From assembly GCA_951406725.2 (NCBI GenBank), contig OX597835.1, positions 32,364,001 to 32,428,000 on the forward strand: a stretch of 64,000 nucleotides of DNA, written 5' to 3'. Source of the stretch: Octopus vulgaris. Lineage: Eukaryota. Below are positions 13,730 to 26,636 of this stretch, piece after piece. Made by a program: the position numbers and the translations under genes. The stretch's first letter is position 1, and each line of letters opens with the position of its first letter. The notes under the pieces are model-generated. The model saw nothing but the letters and a program-made list of their open reading frames with translations. It had not been told where the DNA came from and ran no database searches.

Positions 13730-14090
13730 AAGAAGAGCACTCAGAGAGCGCAAACCTCTGCCAAGGTGACATCAACGTCCTCTCAATGATTAGCCAGGGG
13801 TGATGTTTAAAATGAGAATATCTGAAATAAACTCGACTGCTGTTAGAAACAAGAATACTAAAAATGAACCCGACCGCTCTCAAAAGTTAATTTTTAAAAA
13901 AAAACGAAACATAACCAGAATTTTTGTCCTGTACCGGACAAAAAATTATAATCAGTTCGTGCTAGTCACAAGGCCAAACATCCTTGAAAGTTTCATCCAA
14001 ATCCATCCAGTGGTTCTTGAGATATCTTGTCCACGGACAAACAAACAAACACGACTGAAAACAATACCTCCACCTTCGATAAGGCGGAGG
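13730..14090. mobile_element. HINE/DINE-like repeat
   Basis: Shares its core with 3930-4150; terminal hairpin ACCTCCACCTT-CGAT-AAGGCGGAGGT. Confidence 0.45.
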
Positions 14091-14338
14091 TGCCGGGCGA
14101 AATGCTTAGCGGTATTTCGGTGAAGTTACGTTCTGAGTTCAAATTCCGCCGAGGTCAACTTTGCCTTTCATCCTTTCGGGGTCGATAAATAAAGTACCAG
14201 TTACGCACTGGGGTTGATGTAATCGACTTAATACCTATGTCTGTCCTTGTTTATCCTCTCTGTGTTTAGCCCCTTGTGGGTAATAAAGAAATAGGTATTT
14301 CGTCTGCCGCTACGTTCTGAGTTCAAATTCCGCTGAGG
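14091..14338 (+). mobile_element. SINE family B, monomer plus partial second unit
   Basis: Same GAAATA|GGTATTTC junction at 14288-14301. Confidence 0.85.
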
Positions 14339-14533
14339 TAATAAATATGGAGAAAAGATGTAGCAACGGCCGAAACAGTTGACGTACAGTGTAAATACTT
14401 CATTGTGCTTAATTATAATCCAACGTGTTCTGAGTTCAATTCTAGCGTAGGCCAAGTGTTTGTACGTACGTTTTATCAAAGATTTCTGTGCATAATATAT
14501 AGTAAATTTATAAGAACAGAAATTATATCTTAC

Positions 14534-14758
14534 AGAAATTTCAAACATGGCTTGATGCTTTTGGTGTCTTTCCTCAAGAACTGCGTTTTCATATGTCGCA
14601 ATATTTTCTATGATTTTCTGAAATTCTGCTTGTTTTCTTTCTGATTCCTCTTTCAGCCATTCGTATTTTTCCAATAATAATGAAGATTCTTCTCGAACCA
14701 AATTCAACAATTCTTCTTCTAAATCCTTTAGTCCTTTCCTTTTTTTTAAATCGAATTC
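14534..14758 (-). CDS. EVC2: EVC2-like coding exon 11
   Basis: ttttctag|EFDLKKRKGLKDLEEELLNLVREE...HQAMFEIS|gtaaga, 225 nt, phase 0-0. Confidence 0.85.
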
Positions 14759-15535
14759 CTAGAAAAAAAAAGCATAGAAGTGATGTTATATACAGATACA
14801 TGTATACACACAAACATACATGCATGCATGCATATATACATACATATATGCAACTGCGCACACACCTATATGTGTGTATGTGTATGTGTGTGTGTGTATA
14901 CATACATACTTTATTGAGAACTTGAGGCATTTCTGCGTGCGTGTGATAATATGTATATGGGAAAATAAATCCCCTCTACACCCCTATAAGATTCGAACCA
15001 CTTATTGCTCTCATTCTAGAATTCTGTCAACATTCTAGAATTAGACGTGGCTGTGTGGTAAGAAGATTGCTTCCCAACCACATTGCTTTCACAGACGGAA
15101 ACTGAAAGAAGCCCGTTGTATATATACTTACATATATCTATGTATGTGTATGTATGTGTGTTTGAGTCTGTATGTGTACACCCCTCCATCACTGCTTGAC
15201 AACCGGTGTTGGTGTGTTTACGCCCCCATAACTTAGCGGTTCAGCAACAGAGACTGATAGGATAAGTACTAGGTTTTAAAAATGAATTTCGGGTTCGATT
15301 TGCTCGACTAAAACCCTTCAAGGTGGTCCTCCAGCATAGCCGCAGTCAAATGAATATGTTTGTTAAAGTGATAAAGCTGTGTTTATCTATGGCCTTTCTC
15401 AATTATTTTACTCTATTTTTCTCTAGTTTTGTAATACCTGATGGACAATAAACTTGGGTGGGGGGTCAAGCTCATCGTGTTGCGATAAAACTATTATTGT
15501 CTCCGCTTCCTTGGATAAAATAAAGAGAGGCTTAC

Positions 15536-15649
15536 CCTGTTCAGTGAATACATATCATGTTCTTGTTTCAATTCCAATTGTATCACTAAATCTTTCTCTT
15601 TGTCTTCATATTCCTTCTGAATTTTAATCATCTCTTCTCTGCTACCTTG
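15536..15649 (-). CDS. EVC2: EVC2-like coding exon 10
   Basis: tttggcag|QGSREEMIKIQKEYEDKEKDLVIQLELKQEHDMYSLNR|gtaagc, 114 nt, phase 0-0. Confidence 0.8.
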
Positions 15650-16021
15650 CTGCCAAAATGTTAGAACACAACGTGAACGAAAAGAAGAGAAGACGAACAA
15701 ACAGAGAAACAGAAAATAAGCTACATAAGTCTAAAAATAAATATGATTACACTTATCAGAATGAAAATGCTCACTGCTTCAAAATTGATAACGCTGCATC
15801 TAAAATCGAGACTGTTACGTTACGTCAATGGTCCTCTGCGTGAGAGAACCTTGCACGATGTACAGAGCAATGGGAATGAAGAGAGGAGTCTTTGAGATGT
15901 GGGTTTTTCAAAAGATTGAGTAGGTTAAGCAGGAAAGACTGGATAATAAATGCTGCAGTACTAGAAAAGCTGAAAGTCAATAGACACCTATTGTCGGGAA
16001 ACAAGTCCGCAAAGCAATGAT

Positions 16022-16428
16022 AGGCGCAGGAGTGGCTGTGTAGTAAGTAGCTTGCTTACCAGCCACATGGTTCCGGGTTCAGTCTCACTGCGTGGCACTT
16101 TGGGCAAGTGTCTGCTACTATAGCCTCGAGCCGACCAAAGCCTTGAGTGGATACGGTAGACGGAAACTGAAAGAAGCCCGTCGTATGCACACACATACAC
16201 ATATATATATATATATGTGTGTGTGTTTGTGTATCTGTGTTTGTCCCACCAGCATCGCTTGACAACCGATTCTGGTGTGTTGACGTCCCCGTAACTTAGC
16301 GGTTCCGCAAAAGAGGCCGATAGAATAAGTACTAGGCTTACAAAGAATAAGTCCTGGGGTCGATTTGCTCAACTAAAGGCGGTGCTCTAGCATGGCCGCA
16401 GTCAAATGACTGAAACAAGTAAAAGAGT
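16022..16428 (+). mobile_element. SINE family A
   Basis: Full head, body and tail match the other copies. Confidence 0.9.
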
Positions 16429-17186
16429 ATATTATGAACATACAATGCGCCGAGTTATTGCCAAAAAGTATTTTGACAGGAAGCGTTAAGAGGAAGAAAG
16501 AAAGAAAGAGGTTGTTAAAAACGTTTATAGACTGAAGACATCAACGGACAGACTGGAAACCAGATTCTGGATGGTTGTATAAGCATGCGATGGAAGACAG
16601 AGGGAAGTGGGGAGTCTGAGTAAATCGACCTCATCAAACAGAAAGGGCACCTACAAGGAATGATAAAATGTCGACATGATATTTTTATCGATAATGATTT
16701 TAAAAGGTTTTTTTGCCTTCGATAATCAGGCATGAATATGAATTTCAAATTTTGGCACAACGCCAGCGACTTCAGGTGATAGTGCAAGTCGATTACATCG
16801 ATCCCGGTGCTTAACTGATACTTCTTTTATCGACCCCCCAAAGAGATGAAGGGTAAAGTCGACCACGGTGCATTTGATAACCAGACGTGGATATGAAGAC
16901 GCATAATGTTAAAGTGTCAATAATAACATATCAGAACGCCAGACACCTATCTGTGATCACCTGCTTGTGATCCATGTATGGACAACAGCCATGGCGGAAT
17001 GGTTAAGAGGTCAAAACCATGTCATGCGAAGCTAACGTCTCAACAAGGAAACCACGGATCTATTTTATATTAAAAGTAAAAAATAAAACCAAACAAGTGA
17101 TAAGCAATATAAATTTCAAAAGCAAAACCATAAGGAAATAACACCTAAGTTTTATTTGAAAGGAAATTTTTTTATAAAACACTTAC

Positions 17187-17246
17187 TTTTTTCTGAAGAG
17201 CTTCCATTGCATTCCTTCGTTCAGTGTGAAGCTTTTCTATCTCTGC
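17187..17246 (-). CDS. EVC2: EVC2-like coding exon 9
   Basis: aataatag|AEIEKLHTERRNAMEALQKK|gtaagt, 60 nt, phase 0-0. Confidence 0.8.
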
Positions 17247-17254
17247 CTATTATT

Positions 17255-17344
<90 letters not shown>

Positions 17345-17409
17345 TATATAGAGAGAGAGAGATAGATAGATTGATTGATTGATTCATTCATTCATTCATT
17401 CATTCATTC

Positions 17410-17473
<64 letters not shown>

Positions 17474-17814
17474 CATCCAGAAAACAGCTAGTGTAGTCAA
17501 TGCTTCATAGAACATACATGTGTTTCAGCAATTTACCGTGATGATTACATAACATTTGCAGAAACTTATATAGCCTTGCAAATATGTTTCTGTCTTACTG
17601 CTGCTTATACTGTCATTGAGTGAAGACTGCAAAATGCTTTTCAAACGGATCCATCTTTCTAAACTTCGAACGCGTCTCTTTCTGATCTGTGCGACACGCG
17701 ATGCGGTGTGAATACTACAAAGTAGTATTTAAACTGTCACTCCGGCGATTCTGAGAGGCGCTACAGGTATTAGTAATTGAAACGTAACACGAGCAATTTG
17801 GGAAGTATTGATAT

Positions 17815-17975
17815 CAGTGGTTCCTAACTGCGGCTCCAAGGGCCAAACGCGGCCTTCAAGCATCCTTCTGGAGACCCTCTTTAATTGACTTGTGTCTCAC
17901 TCTTTTTGGTGCGGCCCACTGAAAAAGTCCATGGCTTAGATCTGGCCCAGATACTAAAAAGGTTGAGACCTACTG
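17815..17975. mobile_element. Possible hAT-type MITE
   Basis: CAGTGGTTCCTAAC ... GTTGAGACCTACTG imperfect termini; no clear TSD. Confidence 0.35.
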
Positions 17976-18124
17976 ATCTATGCAGTCAATCTATTTGCTA
18001 GAAATATCAACCAAATCACGTTTTAATTAAACATCGCAATTTTAAATAAAAAAATATATTTTACAATGCAACATTATATATGTATATATATGTTTGTGAG
18101 TGTATGTGTGTGTGTATGTGTGTA

Positions 18125-18171
<47 letters not shown>

Positions 18172-18187
18172 TCTCTAATTTTGTAGT

Positions 18188-18222
<35 letters not shown>

Positions 18223-18386
18223 TATTACTGTTATTATTATTATTGTTATTATTATTATTAGTCATCAGACTATATATTATTCACATAGAAATACAATAAG
18301 AGGCTTCCAATAAGAGGCTTTGGTGGTTTTGAGTTTTCTACTGCTCTTTCTAGCACAAGGCTTTCCTATTTGGAAGCCTCTTATTG

Positions 18387-18475
<89 letters not shown>

Positions 18476-18530
18476 ATAATATATATATATATATATAAAT
18501 ATATATATATACACGCACATATTGTACATA

Positions 18531-18640
18531 GACGCAGGCGTGGCTGTGTGGCAAGAAGATTGCTTCCAATCACATGGTTCTGGGTTCATTTCCACTGTAG
18601 GGCTCGTGAGTAGACAGAAACTGAATGAGGCCCGTAGTAT

Positions 18641-18682
<42 letters not shown>

Positions 18683-18907
18683 TTACGTGTGTGTGACTCT
18701 GTGTATGTGTTTGTCCCTTCCATCACGGCTTGACAACCGGTGTTGATGTGTTTACGTCTCCGCACCCTAGCGGTTCAACAAAACGTACCTAATAAAATAA
18801 GTACCATGACTTAAAAAACGATGTCCTGGATGGTCAATTTGTTTGACTAAGACTCTTCAAGGCGGTACTCCAGCATGGTCGCAATCAAATAATACACAAA
18901 AATAAAA

Positions 18908-18910
<3 letters not shown>
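18531..18910 (+). mobile_element. SINE family A (diverged)
   Basis: Similarity to the other family A copies. Confidence 0.8.
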
Positions 18911-18985
<75 letters not shown>

Positions 18986-19143
18986 GGGGGGGGGTGGAGG
19001 CGCAATGGCCCAGTGGTTAGGGCAGCGGACTCGCGGTCGTAGGATCGCGGTTTCGATTTCCAGACCGGGCGTTGTGTGGCGTCATTCGAAGGCTAAATCA
19101 GCGATGTGTAGCAAAATTGTGATGGTCTGGTCAGTCACGTGAT

Positions 19144-19190
<47 letters not shown>

Positions 19191-19388
19191 CTAAACCGGC
19201 AACATGACCATTCCTAAATACAAAATATATATACAGAGAGAGAGAGGGAGAGAGAGAAGCAGAGAAAGAGAGAGGGAAATTAGGTGGTCATGACCAGAGT
19301 GCTTTTGATCATAGTTAACATAGGATTAAGCAAGAACATCAACAACAACAAGCAAAAATAATATCAGAAATAATATCGAAAGACAAAC

Positions 19389-19632
19389 CTTATTTCTGAG
19401 AGTAATTTCTCTATGAACTTCCTGCTTGGCAATCTGAAACTGTTTATTCAGATTTTGAATAAATTCTTCAGTTTTACAACGGAATTCTCTAATAATCTTA
19501 TATCCAGCTTGCGGAGAGACTTCCTGTCTTTCTATCATTTTATGGACCAAATCGACTGGAATTTTGGTGTAAGCTTCACATCTCATGATTTCAACTTGTT
19601 TTTCTAAAAACTGAGTTGAAGATATATCCCAT
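19389..19632 (-). CDS. EVC2: EVC2-like coding exon 8
   Basis: tattacag|WDISSTQFLEKQVEIMRCEAY...EVHREITLRNK|gtttgt, 244 nt, phase 2-0. Confidence 0.85.
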
Positions 19633-19667
19633 CTGTAATAAACAATAATAATAATAACAATAATAAC

Positions 19668-19726
<59 letters not shown>

Positions 19727-19847
19727 GGATAATAATAATAATAACAATAATAATAATAACAATAATAATAATAATAATAACAATAATAACAATAATAATA
19801 ATAACAATAATAATAATAACAACAATAATAATAATAATAATAATAAC

Positions 19848-19910
<63 letters not shown>

Positions 19911-19914
<4 letters not shown>

Positions 19915-20879
19915 GGCAAGAAAAACCTCTCTATGGCAAATACCCAAAGAGAGCAAATAATGCAGATGTTGACAAAGCCCTGACCCATCAATGGCTAATG
20001 GCCTCTGGCTTAAAATCTGAAACAGCGGGGTTTATCATAGCAGCTCAAGATCAATGCCTACCAACAAGAAACTACCAGGCCAACATATTAAAGATCAGAA
20101 GCAGTCCAACGTGTCGTGTATGCAAGCAACAAAATGAAACCATTGACCATGTGGTCTCCAAGTGTAGTCTTCTAGCGCCTACAGAGTATCTCAACAGGCA
20201 CGATAGAGCTGCACAATATATTCACTGGGTAATCTGTAAAAACCTGGATTTGCCCCATGAAAAAAACTGGTGGGAACACAATCCACCCCCAGTGCTTGCA
20301 AATGACCACATCTCACTCCTCTGGAACTTCACCATTCAAACTGACAGAAAGATAGATGCAAATAGGCCAGACATCATATTGAAAGACTTCAAACAAAGAA
20401 CATGCCTCCTCATTGATATGACTGTCCCAATCGATATAAACGTACCTGTCAAGACCTACCAAAAACTGAGCAAATATAAAGATCTTGAAATAGAAATCAG
20501 CAACATGTAGAACCTGAAGACTAAAACAATACCTGTTGTCATAGGTGCCCTGGGAATGATAGCAAAAGGGGCTGATAGCTACCTAACTCAGATACCAGGA
20601 AACCCAAAAATGGCAGAAATTCAAAAGATAGTGCTCATGGGAACTGCTCATATCCTACGCAAAATACTTTCTATGTAATCTCAAGGTTTAAAACAAACAT
20701 AATTTTCGGTTTAAAAAAAAAAAAAAATTTTTTTTAGACATTCATTAGTACAACACCCCCACCACCCCCAAATATATGGCACACTAGGCATAACAACAAC
20801 ATGAACTTCCAACCCTGTAGTCTCTTGAGGTCTCTGGAGCCAACTTGTACAAATATAAAGCAAAAGTCAAACATAGAAT
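19911..20879 (+). mobile_element. 5'-truncated R4/Dong non-LTR retrotransposon in an (AAT)n tract
   Basis: CRVC...HVVSKC zinc knuckle, RHD and RPDII...IDM restriction-like endonuclease motifs; nearly identical to 52300-53308; (AAT)n on both sides. Confidence 0.95.
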
Positions 20880-20942
20880 AATAATAATAATAATAATAAC
20901 AACAACAATAATAATAATAATAATAACAATAAAAATAATAAC

Positions 20943-20974
<32 letters not shown>

Positions 20975-21044
20975 TAATAATAATAATAATAATAACAATA
21001 ATAATAATAATAATAATAACAACAATAATAATAATAACAACAAC

Positions 21045-21076
<32 letters not shown>

Positions 21077-21325
21077 TAATAAATTATTGGATTGTCAATG
21101 GAATCTCTGTATTTGATTTATTGATTATGTATGTGTATATATATACATATATGTATGTGTGTATATATATGTACATATATATATACGTATATATATATGT
21201 GTATATATATGTGTATATATATATATGTGTATATATATATGTGTATATATAAATATGTATATATGTATATATGTATATATATATATGTATGTATATATAT
21301 ACGCATACACACACACACACACACA

Positions 21326-21369
<44 letters not shown>

Positions 21370-21385
21370 ATAATGTCCACCTTAC

Positions 21386-21460
21386 CCGTTGATCTCCCGG
21401 AATGTGGTAATAGGAGATTTTCCCAAAACTTCTACAATGCTGTCATGGTTTCCAGAAGAT
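21386..21460 (-). CDS. EVC2: EVC2-like coding exon 7
   Basis: ctttgcag|[24 protein letters not shown](G)|gtaagg, 75 nt, phase 2-2. Confidence 0.8.
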
Positions 21461-21646
21461 CTGCAAAGGAAAAGATTTAAAGAATGTTTATGCATTGGTT
21501 TATTAAGGTTATTGCAGGTATCAAATACCTGTGTGTTTGTGTGTGAAGGGGATTCGTGAATTTGTGGAATCATGTATGCATGCATATTTGAACTCCACGA
21601 AAGCATATATAAATATGTGTGTTTTTATGTGTGTTTTTGTGTGTGT

Positions 21647-21680
<34 letters not shown>

Positions 21681-21906
21681 ATTAGTGGTTTATATATTCA
21701 TGTATGAGAAAATGGTTATAATATTTTGCCAGTACTTTAATTCTATTCTACAATGTGAATTTATCAAATTTTATATTTTTATTTTGTTCATGTAGGGAAA
21801 CGGAGCAAAAATTAGATAAAATATCAGAAAATTCAAATGATATTAGAAGGATTTATTGCCATAGCACAGTAGCAGAAAACAGTATAGGTAACATAAATAA
21901 ACTCAC

Positions 21907-21974
21907 CCTACGTCCATCTGTTTATCCTCCCATTTAGAAGCAGTCATCATGAGTGATTTATGCTTGGTGTACTC
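21907..21974 (-). CDS. EVC2: EVC2-like coding exon 6
   Basis: ttttcag|EYTKHKSLMMTASKWEDKQMDV(G)|gtgagt, 68 nt, phase 0-2. Confidence 0.8.
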
Positions 21975-22100
21975 CTGAAAATAAGAATAAACACAAAAGT
22001 AAACTAGTCATAACTTAAGAAAGTAAGCAAATATCATAAACGTATACATATACATATATAAATATGTATATAAATATAAATATATATAAATATAATATAA

Positions 22101-22296
22101 AGGCGCAGGAGTGGCTGTGTGGTAAGTAGCTTGCTTACCAACCATATGGATCCGGGTTCAGTCCCACTGCGTGGCACTTTGGGCAATTGTCTTCTACTAT
22201 AGCCTCGGGTCGACCAAAGCCTTGTGAGTGGATTTGGTAGACAGAAACTGAAGGAAGCCTGTCGTGTATATATATATATGTGTGTGTGTGCATGTA

Positions 22297-22338
<42 letters not shown>

Positions 22339-22532
22339 TCCTCCCAAAATCGCTTGACAACCGATGCTGGTGTGTTCATGTCCCCGTCACTTAGCGGTTC
22401 GGCAAAAGAGACCGATAGAATAAGTAGTAGGCTTACAAAAGAATAAGTCCCGGGGTCGAGTTGCTCGATTAGAGGCGGTGCTCCAGCATGGCCGCAGTCA
22501 AATAACCGAAACAAGTAAAAGAGTAAAAGAGA
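22101..22532 (+). mobile_element. SINE family A
   Basis: Full-length match to the other copies. Confidence 0.9.
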
Positions 22533-22946
22533 GTATACATGCATACATAACAATAACTGGAACTCCGTCGGTTACAACAACGAGGATTCCGGTTGGTCCG
22601 ATCAACGGAACAGCCTGCTCGTGAAATTAACGTGTAAGTGGCTGAGCACTTCACTGGCATGAGACGCTTACCCTTAACGTAGCTCTCAGGAAGATTCAGC
22701 GTGACACAGAATGTAACAAGGCCAGCCTTTTGAAATACGGTTACAGCTTATTTTTGCCAGATGAATAAACTGGATCAAGGTGAAATAAAGTGTCTTGATC
22801 AAGAAAAAAAAACGCGCTGCTAACTGTCGGACTCACAACCTTGCAATCGTGAGCAATATGACCCTAACCCCTAAGCCGCTTGTCTTCACCTCAAACTAAT
22901 TACAATTAAATAAAATAGTGGTTAGAAAATTCTACCTGGAACTTAC

Positions 22947-23069
22947 CTTAGAGTAAGGTGTGATAGATCTCTGTCGATGGATTACAATGAGAAGCATGAT
23001 GAATATCAACAATGTTATTCCCAGGAATATTCCAAGAAAAAATATCAAGGCTGTGAATTCATGCAACCA
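22947..23069 (-). CDS. EVC2: EVC2-like coding exon 5 (transmembrane helix)
   Basis: cattgtag|WLHEFTALIFFLGIFLGITLLIFIMLLIVIHRQRSITPYSK|gtaagt, 123 nt, phase 0-0; hydrophobic run followed by basic residues. Confidence 0.85.
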
Positions 23070-23083
23070 CTACAATGAGACAG

Positions 23084-23128
<45 letters not shown>

Positions 23129-23217
23129 AGGCAATGTTAGTATTACTGGTATATAAATGGCGGCGAGAATACAGGCAATAATAGGGTTAGTAGTGAGGTG
23201 AAGGAATACTGCGGCTG

Positions 23218-23630
23218 ATGGTGGTGGTGGTGGCGGTGGAGGTTGTGGTAGTGCTGGTTGTAGTGTTAGTTGCAGCGTTGCTAGTAGTGGTGGTGGAGAG
23301 GGTGGATTTGGTGGGATGGTTGTAGTGGTGGTGGTGGTTGTGGTGATAGTGGTGGTGGTGGCAGTGAAGGTTGTGATGATGGCGGTAGTGGTTGTGGTAG
23401 TGGAGGTGGTAGTGTTAGTTGCAGCGTTGCTTTTAGTGGTGGTGGAGGGGGTGGATTTGATGAAATGGTGGTGGTGGTGGTGGTGATAGTGATGGTGGTG
23501 GCAGTGGAGGTCGTGATGATGGCGGTAGTGGTTGAGGTGGTGCTGGTGGTAGTGTTATTTGCAGCATTGCTAGTAGTGGTGGTGGTGGGGTGGATTTGGA
23601 GAGGGTGGATTTGGTGGGGGGGGGGGGTGA
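23218..23630. repeat. (GTG)n-derived minisatellite with three ~140-150-bp higher-order units
   Basis: GTAGTGTTAGTTGCAGCGTTGCT...GGGTGGATTTG recurs at about 23260, 23409 and 23549. Confidence 0.8.
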
Positions 23631-23949
23631 TTAGACACCCGATTGTTCAGATCGACGCTGGATCTATGAGCAAAAATACTCCAGGTTTGACTATGCCGTA
23701 TGTCTTTAAGTAGCTGCGTTACTTACCTTTCGATCTATGCGCTTCTGCATTTCCAGGCAATACAGCATGCCTATTTGCGTCTTTGTTTTATTCTGTGGTT
23801 AAAAGATAAAAATTGGATTACTTTTGAAGAGCTTCGATTAGTTAGAAAGTTTAGTCAACAAATTTTAAATGACGATGATGATAATGATGATGATGATGAT
23901 GATGACGACGACGACGAAGATGATGATGATGATGATGTACTATTATATT

Positions 23950-24367
23950 CGTTTCTACTCTAGGCACAAGGGGAAGGGACCAGTTGATTAGATCGACCCA
24001 AGTACACAACTGGTACTTGATTTATCGACCCCGAAACAATGAAAGGCAAAATCGGCTTCGGCAGAATTTGAACTCAGAACGTAAAAAACAGATGAAATAC
24101 CGCTAAGCATTTCGCCCGGCCCGCTAAAGTTTCTACCAGCTCGCCGCCTCTAATCTTTTCTACTCTAGGCACAAGGCCCGACATTTTGGGGTAAGGGGCC
24201 AGTCGATTAGATCGATCCCAGTACGCAACTGGTACTTAATTTATCGACCCCAAAAGGATGAAAAACAATGTCGACCTCGGCGGAATTTGAACTCAGAACG
24301 TAAAGACAGACGAAATACCGCTATGCATTTCGCCCGGCGTGCTAACGTTTCTGCCAGCTCACCGCTT
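23950..24367 (-). mobile_element. Two tandem SINE family B copies
   Basis: Two heads (about 24148 and 24366) with conserved bodies. Confidence 0.85.
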
Positions 24368-24543
24368 TGATGTACTTATATATTTATGTAGACAAGACTC
24401 CTATGAGAACATTTTTTTTCTTCTATGCATAAGCTATGAAGAAGTATCAGAAACGTACGAGCGTCTGCAATATATTTTCTTTTATTTTCATATTAGGTTT
24501 TCTACAAGGTGTCCATAAAATAACTGATTGTATTTATCAAAAC

Positions 24544-24920
24544 CTAGCACAATGACTCCGCAACGCCGGGTCATGGTGCTAGTGCATGCATATACAGCTG
24601 CGTGCGTGCGCACATACACGCAAATAGTGTCCAAATCTCCGACCAATCACATACAGCTAGCTGGCATTCAATTGGCGTATTAAGTTTCGGGCATTTTGAT
24701 TGGGTTTTGGATAGAAAATTCACAAAATAGTCACTTCTATTGATTTTTTTAGAGGCTTTGCGGCGTGACTGGGGAAATGTAAAAATGTGCACGACCACCC
24801 TTGGACGGTTTTGAATGACCATGGAAAGTGCGAGCCCTCTAAGTGAAAAATTGTGGATTTGTATAAAGGATACGCACACGCACACACAGACAGACATTTT
24901 GCCGTTTATATAGAGAGAGA
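24544..24920 (-). mobile_element. Non-autonomous Helitron-like element
   Basis: Minus strand starts TCTCTC...(TGTC)n and ends in a GC-rich hairpin plus CTAG; it interrupts a Tc1/mariner remnant. Confidence 0.55.
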
Positions 24921-24959
24921 TGAAATTCGTTAACTGACTTCTTTGCATATTGAATAAAC

Positions 24960-25310
24960 TAAAGTTATTTTCCAACAAAATGGTGCGCCACCTCATTTGG
25001 GGTTAAAGCGCCCGGGAGTTTCTTAATGAAATCTTTCCCAAACCGTTGGATAGGAAGAGGTGCCACAGATCCCTGGCCACCTATGTCAACAGATGTAATC
25101 CCTCTAGATTTCTTCTTTTTATGGAGCCACATTAAAAACAGAACCAATCGAGCAAGAGTTCGAAACCTCAATGGCCTCGGGGGAAAAAAATAAGCTAAGC
25201 CGTTTCCAACATTGAATAAGGGATCCGCCAACACACGGGGCCAGGAACTGAGTATCGTCTAAATGTATTACATATAACCAATGGGGCCCACGTGGAAGTG
25301 CTCTGGTGTT
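24960..25310 (+). mobile_element. Tc1/mariner-superfamily transposase remnant
   Basis: FQQNGAPPH and WPPMSTDVIPLDFFFLW (canonical QQDGAPPH / WPPRSPDLTPLDFFLW). Confidence 0.8.
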
Positions 25311-25338
25311 GCTATTAAAAGTTCATTTGTTTTTTCCC

Positions 25339-25540
25339 CTCTTTTACTTGTTTCAAGTCATTTGACTGCGGTCATGCTGGAGCACCACCTTTAGTCGAGC
25401 AAATCGACCCCGGGACTTATTCTTTGTAAGCCCAGTACTTATTCTATCGGTCTCGTTTGCTGAACCGCAAAGTTACGGGGACGTAAACACGCAAGCATCG
25501 GTTGCCAAGCAATGCTAGGGGGACAAACACAGACACACAG

Positions 25541-25618
<78 letters not shown>

Positions 25619-25968
25619 TTAGAGACAAAACCACTATTAGGCAAATCATACAATGAAAAACTTAAGCCAATACATAAGATTATTTAATTTATATTATTTA
25701 AATATATAACAAAATATAATTAATATATCACTACGATCGTTTCATGGCTGTTAATTTCTTTAAATTTTCAAGTCACAGTCATTCATCAGGTGGTTTAAAT
25801 ATTTATCTTGGCGAGGTTTAAACAATTGTTTAAATATAATATTTTACTACAAGGCTTTGGTCGACCCGAGGCTATAGTAGAAGACAATTGCCCAAAGTGC
25901 CACGCAGTGGGACTGAACCCGGAACCATGTGGTTGGTAAGCAAGCTACTTACCACACAGCCACTCCTG
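25339..25968 (-). mobile_element. SINE family A split by an insertion in its internal (TA)n
   Basis: Tail part 25339-25612, head part 25849-25968. Confidence 0.85.
25727..25794 (-). ncRNA. Minimal type I hammerhead ribozyme in a Penelope-like terminus (25613-25848)
   Basis: ACCAC-CUGAUGA-AUGACUGU...ACAGCCAU-GAAAC-GAUC-GUA-GUGAU; intact core, palindromic stem III ACGAUCGU. Confidence 0.75.
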
Positions 25969-26636
25969 CTTATGTTTTCCAATAAACTCTGCTGAGTTAT
26001 CTTTGTATTCATTTTTTTCCTAAATTTTTCAATTTACTGTTATATTTATATAGATAAATCTCCTATACGCTTCGATAATTTCTCTTGGGTCCCAACAAAC
26101 ACTAGCTTTACGGAAAGCGGAGCTTGTCGTGGATGCTTTCGTATGCAGAGTCATGACAAATTTTGTACAGAACATGCACCCACAGCGATGGTCACTATTC
26201 AATTTGCCAGTACAATATCTCGAGGAAAATGAATCGCCCTCCTTGCATCACGCCTGTCTGAGCATTTTAAAACATCTCTATTCTCTCACACACACTTCTA
26301 TGTGGTACAACGCTGTACCCGCACGATACTGATACCTGCGACAAATTTTATCCTCGGAAATGCCTTCAGACCAGAGAAATTAGGTCACTGATTTCTGGTC
26401 TTCATTGGTGCACACTGCCAACAGAGCGGCCACGTTTACTCTGTAACCCAAGAAAGAAACCCGAAGGGATTACGGTTAAACCTCGATTGTATAACCACAA
26501 GGTTACCACCTCTTAGTATGTGAGCACTGACGGCGATGCAGACAGCCTAAAAACAGTTTGTCCCCTTTCCATTTTATATTACCTTATTCCACCAGTCTAC
26601 TGGTGCCATTTGTTTCAGCGATACATACTACTGATT

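Noticed and set aside
26100-26620. Further mariner-like remnant
   Set aside because: The appearance is suggestive, but I could not read diagnostic motifs or paired TIRs.
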